Positions 11,997 through 25,600 of a stretch of 64,000 bases of DNA are shown here, piece by piece. The DNA comes from Balamuthia mandrillaris. Taxonomy: Eukaryota. The number at the start of each line of letters is the position of its first letter. Within the stretch, counting starts at the first letter, position 1. The position numbers and the translations under genes were made by a program. A model generated the notes under the pieces. It ran no database searches. It was not told where the DNA came from and saw only the letters and a program-made list of their open reading frames with translations. The stretch lies in the NCBI GenBank assembly GCA_031835245.2, contig JAVKOQ020000049.1, forward strand, positions 62,001 through 126,000, in the 5' to 3' direction.

Positions 11997-13348
11997 TTTT
12001 ATCTTTTCTATTTTCTATTTTCTTTTTTTCTGTTTTTCTGTTTTTCTGTTTTTCTGTTTTTCTTTTTTTTTTTTGTTGTTTATTTGTTTTTTTAACGTTT
12101 TATTTCTTGTTGAAAAAATATGAAACCAAAGATCCAGAGTTGGTGACAGCATTCTTGTTGACGTATAGAGGTTTTTGTACGCCGCAACAACTGCTGGAGC
12201 TGCTTGTTCTGCGTTACAAAGTGCCGCTCCAAAGAGAAAGCCGCTATCGCGAAGCCATCCAAGCTCGGTTTGTTGTTTACTTCCGTTTCCACTCTTTTTT
12301 GTTTCTGTTCTTCTTCTCCTTTTCTTCTTCTTCTTCTTCTTCTTCTTCTGCTTCTTCTTCTTCTTCTTCTTCTTCTTCTTCTTCTTCTTCTCCTTCTTCT
12401 TGTTCTTCTTGTTCTTGTTCTTGTTCTTGTTCTTGTTCTTGTTCTTCTTCTTGTTCTTGTTCTTCTTCTTCTTCTTCTTCTTCTTCTTCTTCTTCTTCTT
12501 CTTCTTCTTCTTCTTCTTCTTCTTCTTGTTCTTGTTCTTGTTCTTCTTCTTCTTCTTGTTCTTGTTCTTGTTCTTGTTCTTCTTCTTGTTCTTCTTCTTC
12601 TTCTTCTTTTGTTCCCTGCTATTCTAACAAAAAGCAGAGTGCAGTATATCACAAAAAAGTGGGCGGAAGACCATTATTACGACTTTGAGAACGATGAACA
12701 ATTGCTGAAGAGACTTAACGCTTTCGTCTCTCTCATGTCTCGTTCATCTTCAACTGCCATCACAAAGTTTGCCGATGTATTGCGTTTGTATCTTTCAAAA
12801 GCCGTAAGTATCTCTTCTTCTCTATTCAGCTCATTCCTCTTCCTCACTGCATTAAAAACAGTCAAAGAATGAAAAGCTAGCCATGAGAAGAGTTCATGGA
12901 GAGACATTACCGGCCCCTAAAGTACCATACGGAGGACACACCGGTCCCATTTCGAACGTAATGGAAGTTAATCCGTTAGAATTCGCGCGTCAGCTCACTA
13001 TTCTTGAGTTTCAATGTTTTGTAAAGATTCAACCAAAGGTCTCTTACGCTGTTTCTCTTTCTCTTTCTGATCTCTCTCTCTCTCTCTCTCTCTTCCTCTC
13101 GCTGTCTTGTATTCTCTTTGACTTATCCTTAATTCTGATTGTCGTAACAAAGGAATGTATGGGATTAGCATGGAGCAAGAAAGACAAACAAGAAAAAGCG
13201 CCAAATGTATTATTTTTTATCGAAAGTTTTAATCGTATCAGCAAATGGGTTGTCTCTCAAATTCTTGCCGAAGAAGCACTGAAGCAACGAGCCAAGGTAT
13301 TGGAGCACTTTATCCAAATCTTATTGGTATCTATCATTTCTTCCCTTA

Positions 13349-13394
<46 letters not shown>

Positions 13395-14044
13395 CCTCTC
13401 TGATATTTTGCTTTGCTGTAGCATTGTAAAGAACTGCAAAACTATAATGCGATGATGGAGATAAACGCAGGCCTTCACTCATCTTCTGTTGGGTTTGTTT
13501 CTTTCCTCTTTTTGTACTTCTGTTGCTGTAACTTATTTCAGCAATTTTTGTGTTTATTCTACAGACGTCTAAAGCAAACATGGAAGTTGTTACCCACTAA
13601 ACTAAGGGTCTCCTACGAGGAGAGTTTCTCTGATATGATGCAAAGCAACTACAAAAAGCTCCGCGACATGTTGCTTTCCTCTCCTCCGCCTTGCATCCCT
13701 TATATTGGCGTTTTTCTTACAGACCTTACTTTCATTGAAGACGGGTTGGGCTTTCTCTTTGCACTTTCTTCCATATTGATTCTCATTCTTATTTCCTTCT
13801 AACATTATGTCATTTAAACAGGAACAAAGACATGTTAACAAGCCACCCTCATCTCATCAACTTTGAGAAGCGACAAATGCAAAGCAGAGTTATAGAGCAG
13901 ATAAAGCTCTACCAGAAGAAAGCGTACGCCCTTCAGCCGGTCGATCGTCTTCAAACCTTTATTCGGACTCTCTCCTCCGAGCTGAGCGACGAAGCGGCTT
14001 ACCAACGTTCTCTCCAACTCGAACCTCGACAACAAAAGACATAA
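11408..14044 (+). CDS. RasGEF (REM + CDC25 domain) with N-terminal hydrophobic membrane segments
   Basis: IKGATLNKLIEKIT, FLLTYRGFCTPQQLLELL, PLEFARQLT, FNRISKWV, PPCIPYIGVFLTDLTFIED, INFEKR, SLQLEPR. N-terminal ~60 aa strongly hydrophobic. Confidence 0.92.
11945..12608. repeat. Intronic microsatellites in the RasGEF gene: (TTTA)n at ~11945-11998 and a compound (TTC)/(TTG) tract at ~12322-12607
   Basis: Directly visible tandem repeats, each within a GT-AG intron. Confidence 0.95.
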
Positions 14045-14082
14045 ACACAAAAAGGAATTTGAGGTATGTGCTTTCGTTTATC

Positions 14083-16569
14083 TTATGTTGGTACAAGAGA
14101 AGGTGAGGAGCTATGTAACAACCGATGAGAGAAGAAGAAGAAGAGAACAGCCATGATAACCACCCAGATGAGAACGTTGATGCCCACCAGCTTTTCCGTG
14201 TTGAAGCGCTCCAGCTGGTGTTTCAATGTTTTCACCTCTTCCAGCAATTGCTTCTCCAATCGTTCCGCCGCTTCGGGGTTGTCCTTGGTAAGCATGAGCG
14301 CTCCTTCTTGTTGTTGTTTCTTCTTCACGTTGTCGTTTTCTTCTTCTTGGTCCTCAGCCTCTTCCTTTCGTTTGGCAGCGACGCTGAGTTTCAGCTCTTC
14401 AAAGTTCTTTCTGCTGTGTGAGAGTTCGCTTTGTAACCTTGTTATCTCCTTTGCTATCTCTTCTATTTCTTGCTCTTTCTTGTCGAGCTCCGTTCTCAAC
14501 CTTCTCGTTTGGTCTTCCAACCTGGCTTTCTCTTCTGTGTGTTCTTTTTCCTTCTCTTCTGCCTCTTTCTCCTTTGCTTCAAGCTCCATTCTCAACCTTC
14601 TCGTCTGTTCTTCCAGTTGTGTTTGTTCTGTTTGCTGTTCTTGCTCTTTCTCTTTCTTCTCCAGTTCCATTCTTAGCTGTCTCGTTTGTTCTTCCAGTTT
14701 CGCTTTCTCTTCCTGTAGTTTCTTTTCTCGTCGTTTTGCATCCTCCACCTCTTTCTTTGTGAACAGCACTTCCTCTTGTAAGTTCCTCGTTTCCCACGTC
14801 GCTTCCTCCAATTGACTCTTCACAGCATCCCGTTCTTCTTCCAACGCTTCCTTTTGCTTTTCCAGCTCGTTGATGATCTCCACCTTCTCATTCACTATCT
14901 TGTCTTGTTTGTGCAACCGGCCAAGCAGGCCCTCTTTCTCCTCTTTCCATCTGCTGTTCGTGTTCTCCCCGTTTTCCTCTTCGTTTGTCTCAACTTCTGC
15001 CAATAGCTCATCAATACGATTGAGTATCTCTCCAAAGTTGGGCCGGTGACGAGGCTCCTTTTGTATGCATGAATCTGCCAGCTCCAGCAATCCATCTGGT
15101 GCTATTATGAAACTTTTATGTTAGTCCTTTCTTCCTTCTTGCTTCATGTTCCTCTTCTTCTTGTTCTTGTTCTTCTTTTCTTTGCAACTTTTGTAAGAGA
15201 GAATACGTACTATCAGCAGGAATGAGTGGTTGCAGCTTGATCGGATCGAAGAGGAAGCAATCATCAGCGGAGCGATCGGGTGGCTGTTGTCGCGTGATGA
15301 GTTCCAACAAGAATGCACCGTATCCAAAGACATCCACTTTCTCGTTATAGTCCATTCCTGTTATTATCTCCGGTGCCATCCATGCATCCGTTCCTGTTTG
15401 TCAACAAAGATGTAAGATACCAAACGAGAGGCGAACATAACCAGCCTTTTCGAGAACGAACCTGCAAAGGTCATTTGTCTCTTCAATGTCCTACTCGCAA
15501 ATGGGACTTTACTCTTTCCTCCATCGCCTCCGGTCCCGTTGCTAGCGTTCTTCTTCTTCTTCGTTCTCCTCGCCAAACCCATGTCCGCCAGTTTGACCTC
15601 TCCGTACTGTCCCAACAGCATGTTCTCCGCCTTGATGTCCCTGTGCAGTATTCCCTTCTGATGCAAAAAGTCCATGGCCTTGGCCACGTCCTTGGCCATC
15701 CTCAACCGTCGCGACCAGCTCAGCGGGACCTGCTGCTCATCGTTCTCCGTCTTGGTGAAGAGCAGGGAGGCCAGGTCTCCGCCGCTCAGGAACTCAGTCA
15801 CTATGAAGGTGTGCTGCTCTCCGTCGTGGTCGGAGCCGCCTTCTCCATTGGACATGATGTGCTTGCACACGCCCATGAAGCTCACGATGTTGGGATGACG
15901 AAGTCCTCTGCATTGTTTGTTGCAGTGGAGAGAACGTCAGAGAAAAGCTGTTAATTATACACACATTAAAGGAAGGAAACGCAACTTGAGAAGGCCGATC
16001 TCTCTTCGAAGGTATTTTCGACTTTCGACGGCCTCTTCCTCCGTCTCTGGAGGGAAGACGAGCTTGATGGCGACGTCGGTGCTGTTGAGGTAACGCCCTT
16101 GCCACACCCGTCCGAAGGAACCCTCTCCCACCTCCCGCAGGAACTCAAGCTCCTCCCATTTGATCTTCCACAAGGACTTTGTTTTCAGGAGCCCGTCGTC
16201 CTCTTCCTCCTCTTCGTCCTCCGTTTCTTCTTCCTCCTCTTCCTCCGTCTCATCGCCGTCTTCATCTTCCTCTTCTTCTGCTTTCGATTTTCGAGCGCTT
16301 TGTTTGGGCTTTTGACGTTCGCGAAGGCCGTTCATGTCTCTTAGGGATGGGCGAGAGGTGGAGGCAGAGGAAGAGGACCTTGTGGCGAACGAACGAAGCG
16401 ACCGCGCAGAGGAATAAGGAGAGGCAGCGAATGTGACCGCTTTGTTGCTCTGGTGGTGGCTGCCGTTGGCCTCTTTTCGTCTCATCGCGGAGGGAGGTCG
16501 AGGTCTTGCAGGCGAGCCATCTGTGTGGTGCAGCTCCCCGCCTTCCTCCGTCGCTTCGGTGGAACTCAT
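14083..16569 (-). CDS. TKL (LIMK/TESK-like) protein kinase with long coiled coil and C-terminal transmembrane helix
   Basis: VGEGSFGRV, VAIK, HRDIKAEN, LADMGLAR, GTDAWMAPE, YNEKVDVF, RPNF. Followed by ~270 aa of E/K-rich coiled coil and LVGINVLIWVVIMAVLFFFF near the C-terminus. Confidence 0.9.
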
Positions 16570-16895
16570 CTTTGCTCTGTTTGTTTTTTTTTTGGTTTCC
16601 CGCAAGAATAAACGATATGGGCATTACACCTGTGGTCTTATATTGCGTCGACAAAAATTATGTCTACACAATCAAAATAGGACACACCGATGGGCAAAAA
16701 ACGCCCACTGATTTGTATAACCAACAGCAGACACAAGTGAGGAGAAAATCAGTACGACCTGCTTCGCTGGTGTAACGAGAATGAATTAATAACAAAACAA
16801 AAGCAAAAAAAAAAAAAAAAAAGGAGAAAGAAAGAAGCACCCACCGTTTTTTATCTTTGTCTTAGTTGTTGCTGTTTTTTCATCCTTGAAAAAGG

Positions 16896-17860
16896 ATGCA
16901 GGCGAAAGATGCGGCTATTGAAATCGGTCAGTCTCCTCCTTGTTCCTTTGCTAGTTTTTACAAAAAAAAAAACTTAAAAAAAAAGGAGGAAGAAAGCGTT
17001 ACGTTGATCTTTCAGGAATTTGAAGCTGATCTTTTGCAAATTGTGCTTCTTCTTCCATATATATCAAAAAGTAGGCGCCGAAGAGGAGAAAGAGAGCCAA
17101 CTAAACGCCACAAAACGAGCACACATCGCTCAAGAGATACTGCACACCGAGAGAGCTTACGTTCATTCGCTTCGTGTCATAGTTAACGTATATATTGCAA
17201 CATTTTTCTTTTTTCTTTTCTTACTGTTTTCTTTTTCTTCTCTTTTTCTTTTCTTGTTTCTTCTTTTTCTTTTCTTTTTCTATTCTTTAAAACAAAAAAC
17301 AACAACAGATATACTACAATCCGTTAAGTCTATTAGCTGCAGGCCCAACGCCTCTCCTCTCCGCCAACACTTTGATAGATATCTTCAGCAATGTGTCCGG
17401 TTTGTTGGCTCTCAATCTTGACCTCTTGGCCTCGCTCGAGCAGAGAATTTCGCAATGGAGTGACACACAATGTCTCGGTGACATCTTTTTACAAATGGTT
17501 ACTTTCTTCTTATTCTCGTTCTCATTCTTGTCTAGGTTATTGTTCTTGTTCTTCTTGCTTCTTGCTTCTGCTTCTTCTTGTTCTTCTTGTTCTCCTTGTT
17601 CTTCTTGTTCTTCTTCTTCTTCTTCTTCTTCTTCTTCTTCTTCTTGATATTTTGTCTTTTCTTGCTTTCGTGTTGTTTCATTATTTATTATGTAGTTTAT
17701 ATGTTGTTAACAGATGTATTATGCAGAGTCCATATCTCAAGTGTTATGCTCAGTATTGTAATTACTACGATAAAGCCGTTGATACGCTACATCGTGTCAA
17801 AGCCTCCAATCCAACCTTTGCTAACTTTCTAAAGGTTTCGTTCTCATTTTCACTCTCACT

Positions 17861-17913
<53 letters not shown>

Positions 17914-19561
17914 TCTCTCTCTCTCCCTTTGAGAAACTGACAAAATATTAAATCAGATGTGCAACAAGTACCCAGAGTGTAAAGGAAAGTCTTTGGCAAA
18001 CTTTCTAGTAATGCCTGTGCAACGGATCCCTCGTTATACTTTGCTTCTTCAAGTTTCGCCTTGCTTCTATCCTGTATCTTCTATCTTCTAAGATACTGAC
18101 AAATGCAAACAATTGTTTGAAACAACAGGATTTATTAAAACACACAGAAACAACACACCAAGACCACAACAATCTGTGCAGTGCCCTGCAGAAGATGGAA
18201 GAGGTGACTAACCACCTTGACGAAAGCTTGAGCATGGCAAGAACTCACCACATTCTTCTCAAACTCCAAAACATCTTTGGACCGGAATGCATGGTACAAA
18301 TTCTTTTATCCTCTATCTTCTCTTCTCTTGTGCTTTCCGTTACCCTTCTTTCGTCCTTGTTCGTTCTTGTCTTTTATCAACGAATAACATTAAAAGGACT
18401 TGATGGAACCACATCGATTGTTTCGGAGGGAAGGAATGGTTCAACGGATAAAGCTTCCTATGAAACGAGGAAATATGTTGCCCACTCGCAGCTTGAAAGA
18501 CATGTACCTGTATCTCTTCAACGATATTATAATCTTGGCCACACGCCACTCTGGTCGTTTTCGCTTCAAGTCTCGAATCTCTCTAAATGGCTTATGGGCA
18601 ATTGATGGTGATGATGAGGCTGTGTCTTCTTATTTTTCAGGTCTCTTTGCTCTTTATCTCCTTTTCTATTCTCTTCCCTGGATTATCTGTGTTGTAGTTT
18701 ACGCTTTACTCTTCTCATCTCCCCTTTCTCACTCTCCCGCAAAGACGAAAAGAATTTGTTTTATATTGTTGGGCCAGATAGAACGTATCCTCTTATTGCG
18801 TCAGAAGCCGCTGAGAAACACGCCTGGCTAAAGGCGATAAACGAATGCACTGAAGCTTATCCCAAGCTGTTCCCTAAACAAAAAAGTTCGTCGCCTTTTC
18901 TTTCTTTACTGTTATCTTCCATATTGCTATCATTTCTCTTTCTCTCCTCCTCCTCCTCCTCCTTCTTTCTTCCTCGTGTTTAACTAATTTCTATAACGTT
19001 ACAGTTGAAAAGAATCTCTTTGGTGATTTTGGAAAAGAAAACAGTATAGTGCACCTTTTGCGACGACCTACGAAACGCCTCCTTCTCAAAAGCTTACCAC
19101 GCGCGCGTCCCACCCTTACCAACGCTGCTGCTTCAAACACCATGTCCACTTCTCCCCCCTCTCTTCCCTTTCTCAAAGAACGTTCCAAACAAAGCAAAGC
19201 ATCACGCCGTACACGACGCAAACAACGGCAAACAACATTCGACCAACGGATACGACGTTCCTTGTCAGACGGAGACATGCAGCCTTTTCTCGATCAACTA
19301 CAAAAAGAACAAACAGAGCAAGAAGCGAAGAAAACTTCTTCTTCCAACGACTTGGCTTCGTCCTCTCCTTCCGCAACCACTTTACCTTTCATTCGTTCAT
19401 GTTCAGCGGCAGTTCCCGTCCGAAGCAGCAATGCCAAATCTTCGGAGGATTTGTCTCCTAGGTGGCAATCGCCCGTTTCACCTTCGCAACGACCAAACAC
19501 TTTCTCCTCACAAGAACGAGACTCATTCCTCTCTCTTCGGAAAAGTCGAAACAACATATAA
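16896..19561 (+). CDS. RhoGEF (DH-PH) protein, multi-exon
   Basis: KRAHIAQEILHTERAYVHSL, IFSNV, LGDIFL, YAQYCNYY, LVMPVQRIPRYTLLL, then a PH domain (YLYLFNDIII..EKHAWLKAI) and a Ser-rich tail. Confidence 0.92.
17850..17925. repeat. (CTCACT)n followed by (CT)n, intronic
   Basis: Visible hexamer tandem array in a RhoGEF intron. Confidence 0.9.
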
Positions 19562-19703
19562 CATAATAAAACTATCATAAAGGAAAGAAAGAAATGACAA
19601 AAAGGAAAGAAAGAAATGACAACAAAGAAAGAAAGAAAACTAATTCTTTCTTTCTTTGTTGATGGCACAAAAGTAGAACAAGCACATCGAGGAGGGGTGT
19701 GTG

Positions 19704-21724
19704 TTACAAGAGACCAGTGCGGAGGTACTCCACAAATGCAGTGATATCATCTTCGGCCACTTCGACCACCGACGAGTCAAACGAATGCCACCGAATGCGA
19801 GCTTTCGTTCTCTGAGCTGCTTTTCTGAAGCTTCTTCCAAAGTTTCTTTTGTTGTTGTTATTGTTACGTGCTTAGAAAAAAAAAAAAAGAAAACACAGAG
19901 AGTTAGGTTTTACCTATATTTCTTTTTGGAGTAAAAGTTTTCGATGCCAGAAACACCAACCGCCAAATAAGTTCTCTTTGCTTCGTTGCGAGCACATACC
20001 AAGAACGGCTTTGGCGAGTGTTTTCGTTCCTTTTGTTTGTTTGTTCGTTGCATGTGAGCCAAGAATAACAATAAGACGAGCGCAGAAGAACTCGAAGGAA
20101 GAGAAGGTTAGGTACATTCATGTATTCCACAAGAAAGAGAGCGAGTTTGGAGAGGCTCAAAGGATGAGTGAAAAAGTGAAGGTCGGGTGTCTGTTTCAAC
20201 AGCAGATAACGTAGCGGACCGGCTTGCACTATGATCTTCTTCTCTATGATTGCAGCTCCTGTTATGTTTGCAGCTACATTAGCATTGCTGATACAAAAAC
20301 AGAAAGAGAAACACAAAGCAATACCTTGTCGAATAACAGCCTTTTCCAACTCGATTGCCGTTTCAATGCCCTTTAAGTTGAGTCTTTCCAGCTCAAAGGC
20401 TTGACTAGGATTGGGTTGCACGGCCAAGGCATCAAAAGCATCCCAAAAGTTTTGTTGCCATCTTCTTCCCAAACATCCGGAAGAAGTTATGCCCAACTCC
20501 CCGTCATCCGATTCATCTCCTCCTTTGGTCGAAGTGGAAGAAGAAGAGGGCCTAGTTTCTTCAGAAGAAGATTCAAAGCCAAGACCACCCATTCCTCGTT
20601 CTAAAAGAGCGCTCACGATGTGAACTTTATCCGCTGCCGAAAGAACGCGATGAAACTCTTGTTGCTGGTTGTTGAAACAACAGGAATATTTAAAAAAATG
20701 GTGATAAATGAACAGCAAAGAACAGATGGATAGAAACAAAACGTACATAACAAAAAGAAGGATAACTAATGTCGTGCAATCCAAAGTCTTCACAACGAGC
20801 CGCAAGTCCGCTCTCCACTTTGCGCTTCATGTCCACGTCCATTGCAGAGTACAGCTGCTTGCATTCTCGGAGCGTCACACCCAACTTGGCCAACAGCACG
20901 TCCAACACCTTCTTGCCGCTGTCCTTCCAAATGCCAAGTCTGGTGGCGAGGTAACGGCTGTGCCACATGCTTTCATAAAAGCTCCAGTGCCGATGCAACG
21001 TAAACATAAATCTTTTGTTTGTATAGTTGTTAACGAACGAAACAAAGTTTAAAAAAAAAAGAAAGAGACGAACTCTTGAGAAGGAATGATTCGCGAGGAG
21101 CTCCTTTGGAAAGCAGCAGCAGAAGCAGAGTTGAATCCAGCTTCATTCTTAATCGCTGCATCCATAATGGGATTGAAGCGATTGACTTCTTGTCGGTATA
21201 CATCCACTTCAAACTCATACTTAGCACTATTGGTTGTTAGCGTCAGTTGAACTGCTCTACTAGAAAGAGAGGAAGAAGGAGATGAGAAGAAATAAGTACC
21301 GATCGATGCGTCCATGTATCCACTGATCACTAAGTCCAACAATGGCGGGCCACAAGAACTCATTGTTGGTCACTCGGGCGGAAACCTGCGAGGCCAGCTC
21401 ATAAACGAGTCCGCTGACTGAAGTGCCCAAAACTCGGGTTTGCTCATAGTAACGTCGCTCCGCGGCCGCTCGGGTGATGTATCCCTTTTGAAGGACCTTT
21501 TGCACGCGTCGTTGTCGACGACGAGCTCGCTCCTTCCTTCGAACGGTTTTCTGCTGGGAGAGAGTTCGTTGAGCTGCCTTTTGATTTCTGGTTTGAAAGA
21601 CAGAGTTGTTGCCGTTTGAGGCGTTGTCGTTTTCGCTTTCTGTGGTTGTTTCATCTTCGTCTTCAACGACTTGATCCATTGCATCTACTCCTGTCTCTTC
21701 TTCTTCGTTTTCGTCGTCTGCTTG

Positions 21725-21755
<31 letters not shown>

Positions 21756-22530
21756 TCTTCTTCAAAGTAATCCGCATTTTCAGCTCCTCGTTGAAGCTCT
21801 TCTATGGTTGGAATGTGTTCTGTTGTTCCATCATCCATCAACACGATCTGTTGTTGAGTGTTACGTCTGGTTTGGAGAAAGAAAGACACGGCAGTACAGG
21901 ACAGCAAGAGAAGGAGGGATGACAGTAATAATACCTTATCGGAGTAAATATTGGTGAGATGGTAAGGGCGATGTGAGTCCAACACAAAAAGAGTCACATC
22001 CTGCTCGTGAATGTCGAGAAGGTCTTCCAAGTCCACCACTCCGCCACAACCGATCAGAAAGAAACAGTTAACCTATTATTTTATTTTAAAAAAAATATCA
22101 GTCTTGAAAAATAAAGACTAACAAACTGTTAGACAAAGAGAACAAGAAGACAACAAAACAAACTTGTTCGTTGGTGATAGCTTCACAAATGGAGGCGACC
22201 AGGTCTTCATAGCCGCGTGTTGGTTTGAGCTGATACGGTATGTCCTCTTTTTTAAGCAACGCCTTTTTTGTTTTTGTGTGTTACAAAACAAAAGAGTTTT
22301 TGCAAGAGGACCAAGAAGGCAAAGAAGTAAACAAAAAAGCGAGAGAGAGAGAGAGAGAGAGAGAGATAAAGCGAGAGAGAGTGTGTGTGTGTGTTTACGG
22401 TAAGCATGCGAGAAGCGGCAATAGAATCCACTGTAGCCGAGACGTAGATACAAAGGGACGGCCCTTCATGGAGGGCTCGCTTCTTGATGAGGTCAAACAG
22501 CTCTTTGAAGCCCTCCGGAACGATTATCAT
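19704..22530 (-). CDS. CDC45: DNA replication initiation factor CDC45, multi-exon
   Basis: VDSIAASRML, LFVLDSHRPYHLTNI, acidic insert, LWPAIVGLSDQW, LHRHWSFYESM, LLAKLG, NFWDAFDAL, NFGRSFRKAA..SFDSSVVEV. Confidence 0.95.
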
Positions 22531-22773
22531 CTCTCTCTCTTTTTCTTTCGTTTCTTTTCTTTTCTTTCAATTATGTTTTTGATTTTTACCTCTCATATGA
22601 ACACATAGCAAAACGGTTTTGTTTGTATTTCTTTTCTTTAAAATTCTGTTTTTTCCCTTTGGCATTTTTGGCGGGAAAACGGTGCAGAACATCTGCACCG
22701 TTTGTGCTTCTTTAAGCCTGTTCCTCGTGTCGTCTTGAACTGCGCAGGGACAAGGAGCTCGCCTTGATGATTG

Positions 22774-24145
22774 ATGATGGAGGAACTGCTGTCGGCTTAT
22801 TGTGGCGACGAAGACTGTGAGGAAGCAACACGGCAGGAAGAAGAAGAACCGGAGGCAGCCAGTAAAAGAAAACACAGGGAGGAGATTTCCACCCACTCTC
22901 CCTCCTCCGCTGCCCAGCAGCCTCCCTTGAAACGACAAACCCGATCGAAAAAACAAGAAGGAGGATCCGCAAAAAACGCCGTCCCATTACCTCCTCTTCC
23001 CTCGGATCTCTTTGGCGACCTTCAAGGTCAGGCCTACTTCCGTTCTTTCCTCGTTCGTCGTCTTTCTTCTTCACTGACTTGAAGAAAATAAACAAAAAAA
23101 AAAAGCAAAAGCAGAAGCACAAAGACTGGCGGAAGCCAACGAGAGAGAAAGGCATGGAGGACGCAGCAGGCAGTTTGCCCATGTGGAGGGCAACTACCCC
23201 ACTTTTGTCTACGTGCCGGTCGATCTCTCTCGTCGGGACAACTCTCTGCTGCGCTGTCTCGTGGAGGCCTTGATCTCTCGTTGCGAGCGGTGGCTACAGC
23301 CCCTGGGTCGTGACTTTGTGTCCTACCCTCTTAGTTCTTCTTGTTCTTCTTCTTCTTCTTCTTCTTCTTCTTCTTGTTCTTCTTCTTCTTCTTCTTCTTC
23401 TTCTTCTTCTTCTTCTTCTTCTTCTTCTTCTGCAGCAGCTGCTGCTGCTTCCATTCCAGTGCAGCAGCAACATCATATAAGTCTCTCGCGGACGTTTGCG
23501 TTGAGGCAGCATCACATCGAACCGTTTGTTGCTCTGCTGCGTTCCATTGTCCAGAGAAAAGGAAGAGGGGAAGGAGGTTTCTGGATAAGCTTTCAACATC
23601 ACGGCACACCTTTTTCTCCGCAACATGAAGAGGAAGAAGGAGAAGAGGACAAAGAAGAACGTGAAGAAGCAGACGGATGTGTTGGAGAGTATGAGTTGTT
23701 TGTGAATGATGAGGCCACGAGATCGTTTGCGAGCTTGCGGGTTACGGACGGCAAAGAACAGCTGTGCAACGTAATATCTCTGGTGGACGAGGCGTTGGCT
23801 CAGTTCAATCTGCCTCTCTTTTATCCGGTTCCTACTTTCTTGTTTCATTCTTCATTCTTCTTTCTTCATTCTTCTTTCTTCTTTCTTTCTTCTTTCTTCT
23901 TTCTGCTAGTTTACATCCTTACTTGTTCTATCTGTAACAACAAGGACCCAAGGCCGCATATGACAGTTGGTTGGACGCTCGGTAATGTTCTTCCTGAACT
24001 TCCAGTAGCAAAGGAGGGCATTTTGCGAGTGGACACAGATAAGACCAACGGGGAAGAAGAAGATGAAGGACGGTTGATGTCTATCTATGTAGATAAGATC
24101 TATTGCATCACGGGTAAACAGGTTCACGTAATTCCTCTCTGCTGA
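22774..24145 (+). CDS. USB1: U6 snRNA phosphodiesterase USB1 (2H phosphoesterase)
   Basis: HGGRSRQFAHVEGNYPTFVY, HISLSRT and PHMTVGW (two HxS/T motifs), FVNDEATRSF. Divergent from CDC45. Confidence 0.92.
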
Positions 24146-24420
24146 TGCTTCACTTTTCGTCGTTTCTCCGTGTCTGGTGATGAAGCAGCTTCAACAGAGC
24201 AGAAAGCTACAAGATAGAAAAACAGTCCCACGTAACGAGAAGGAAAAGAATGCAGATCGACAAAGAGATGGTAGAAGCATACAAAGAACAGAAGACAAGG
24301 ATATCGCATAACAGTACTGGTTCGTTTAATTACATGGATTGTTATTCAAGTTCAGAGGTTACTCTTCTTTTCATTAGCTGTCCTCTTGGCTTCTTCCTTG
24401 TTTCCAACCGCAGTGCGCAG

Positions 24421-25248
24421 TCACTGCGGGTTGGCGTACTTGGCATAGCCCTCGATGAAGAACTCGGGTTCACGCGTGGTCTCCTGGAAGGCCGGTCGCT
24501 CTCTAGCAGCCTCCAACCAACGCTTCAGCCTCGGGTCTACCTCCAACAGATCGAACCCCCTGTAGTGCTTCAACACAACCGAGAATCGCTCTATAAAGGG
24601 CAGGACCGCCGTGTCAGCCAAGGAGAGCTGCTGCCCAAGGAAGAAGGGACCCTCCTCGGATTGCTTCTTCAGCAGCTCCAGGAGGGGGTGCAGCTTGTCC
24701 AGGATCTGTTTCTTGAGCTCCTCGTCCTTCTCGCGGTCTTGGTTGCGGAGGAGGCCGTAGAAGACGGGCAGCACCTGGCCAAACTGGTCGATGAAGAGAC
24801 GTATGTCGGCGCGGAGGAGAGCGTCCTTGGGGAGCAACGAAGTGCCTTGCTCGGCATAGGCATCTTCAAAGAACTCACTGACGATCAACTTTGAAGTTGA
24901 CAAGAATGACCATCAGAAGAACTCAAAAGAAAGAGAGAAGAATGAAAAAAAAAACCATACAGATTCGAGGACGACGTGATCGCCGGCTTTGATGGCGGGG
25001 ACGGTGCCTCTCGGGTTGACCTCTTGGGCGTACCAAGCGGGCTTCTTATCGCCGAGTTCAATGTGAATAAACTCAATGGGCACTTCTTTCTCCTTGGCCG
25101 TCCACCTTTTTACAAGTTCATCCAACAAACAAAACATTTTAGTTTTTTTTTTTCCCTCAGCACAAAATGATCATCATTATTACCAAGCGCGGTGAGCAAA
25201 GGGGCAAATAGGGTTTCCGTAGAACTTGATAGCTTCAGCGCTGCTCAT
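24421..25248 (-). CDS. Glutathione S-transferase, omega-like (Cys active site), 3 exons
   Basis: FYGNPICPFAHRAW, KPAWY..VNPRGTVPAI, VLESLIVSEF, GPFFLGQQLSLAD..LPFIERF. Confidence 0.92.
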
Positions 25249-25311
25249 TCTGATGTTCGTTCTTTGTTTTGTTTTGTTTTTTTTTTTTGTCTCAGGGAGA
25301 GCGAGAGGGGA

Positions 25312-25319
25312 TATTTATA
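25312..25319 (-). promoter_or_regulatory. Putative TATA box of the GST gene
   Basis: TATAAATA on the minus strand about 65 bp upstream of ATG 25248. Confidence 0.45.
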
Positions 25320-25600
25320 ATCCCTTTTTTTTTTCTTTTCTCCTCTCGCAGCCCCTTTTCGCATCGGGTTGACGCTATCCAATATCCCCGTTTCCATACG
25401 TTTTCGCCGAGTTTTCCGTCCCTACCGGGGAAATAAAATTCACCCTTCCAATTGGAGAATTTTCTGAGCTCTTTCATATCGCCGATATTATATTCTTTCT
25501 TTCTCTCCTCTCTCTCTCCGCTTACTCGCTCGGCTCTGCAATGTAAGGTGTTGGAGCTATGTACAGAAGGAGCTTTTAATGGAGAAATACTACTGTCCAT

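Noticed and set aside
12092..12872. Poly-R, poly-F and poly-L ORFs
   Set aside because: Intronic (TTC)n repeat in the RasGEF gene.
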